NCBI GenBank assembly: GCA_002269645.1
Contig: NIVC01002018.1
Location: forward strand, 124,001 to 188,000
Reading direction: 5' to 3'
Origin: Macrostomum lignano
Taxonomy: Eukaryota
DNA length: 64,000 bases
How positions within the stretch are numbered: position 1 is the stretch's first letter; each line of letters begins with the position of its first letter. The translations under genes were made by a program, and so were the position numbers. Of the stretch, positions 62,971 through 64,000 are shown piece by piece. The notes under the pieces are model-generated. The model was not told the DNA's origin. It saw only the letters and a list, made by a program, of their open reading frames with translations, and made no database searches.

Positions 62971-63704
62971 AGCAAAAGTCCATGCAACAAATAATATCTT
63001 AGTTCACTTAGAAAAATCTACAACTAATAGTTCATCTTTGAATTAACAGTGTTCTGCATCATGAAAGCAAAGTCTATTATCAGTAAGATCATTTCTGTAG
63101 AAGAGGAACCAGATTCGAGACCAATATAAATGCCAAAATATTCACTGCTGCAAATCGCTTTATTAAGTATTTTTTAAGCTTCATACTTCACTTAGTTTTA
63201 CATTTTTTACTAATTTAGCCAAGTATTTAAGTTTTTTATATAAATATTCATACTACTGAAGTAGTATGAGTTAGGTTAGTAATAAACTGCTTGAAGGGAT
63301 TAATCATTATGTTGGCCTTGAGTTATAAAATTAGCTATCGCGTCTTCCAGATGTATTCCACTTTGCAAACCCTTCATTTCTTCCTTTGTTTTGAAATTGC
63401 GGCTCTATTTTTGTGTAAAATATGTTTCATAAATATTATATTAACCATATTTGATGTACCCTAGCTTTCTTCTTTATCAATGCTCATTAATAAATTTTGT
63501 ATTTTCTGGCCTGGATCTTTGCTATTTGATAAAGTTTAGACTGAGTTTTAAGTTTGATTGTGTAAATTTTTTGTCAATATATTTAATCTATGTTTTTTGA
63601 TTGTTTAAGAATTGGAAAAAAAGCAAAAATAATTTGTTGTTTGTTAATATCTTCATCATTATTTACATATAAATAACGATAATGTTTAGTGAGACAATCA
63701 ACAA

Positions 63705-63795
63705 GGTTCGATTCCCTTGAGCACGTGAATTGGCCTGGGATAGAGTACACGCCTGACGTTTAGAAAGCCAGGGCCGCTGTACACTCCCTGTTGTG
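63705..63795 (+). mobile_element. SINE fragment related to family A
   Basis: B box ggttcgattcc plus agggccgctgtacactcctgt shared with 9925-9945. Confidence 0.55.
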
Positions 63796-64000
63796 AACTT
63801 TCGCCACGGTGCCGACAACTTGTACAACTGTAGTCAGCTGATTTGGGACAAAAAATCTCATAATGTTAGCTTTCGTCTTTTCTTCAGTCAAAGTGCAACA
63901 AAAAGCTTCTAAACAAATGAAAGGCGACCCGGATGTTACCAGCTGCGCCGATGGCGGCGGCAGCTCAGCTAGTGCCCCGAGAACGCAGCAGAGTTGCCCA

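Overview
Eukaryotic, intron-rich genomic DNA with GC-rich Ala-rich exons, AT-rich spacers and very dense mini/microsatellites. The style suggests a free-living flatworm such as Macrostomum (inference, not shown by the sequence). I assembled nine gene models by hand from GT-AG boundaries and frame continuity: a truncated type II membrane FkbM-like methyltransferase (absent from the ORF track), an EGF/Cys-rich/PTS-repeat secreted protein, a claudin-like 4-TM protein, a coiled-coil/NHL protein, Spindly, a death-domain IRAK/Pelle-like pseudokinase, a membrane-anchored CLCA, an intronless GT-A glycosyltransferase and a CTDSP/SCP phosphatase. Mobile DNA includes a three-level nest of non-autonomous DNA transposons, a damaged mariner carrying a hAT-type MITE, an internally deleted LINE lacking RT that shares a 21-nt 3' motif with a local tRNA-SINE family, a CORE-like SINE, tiny hairpin elements and a Crypton-like relic. 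No rRNA, intact tRNA or CRISPR array was seen.
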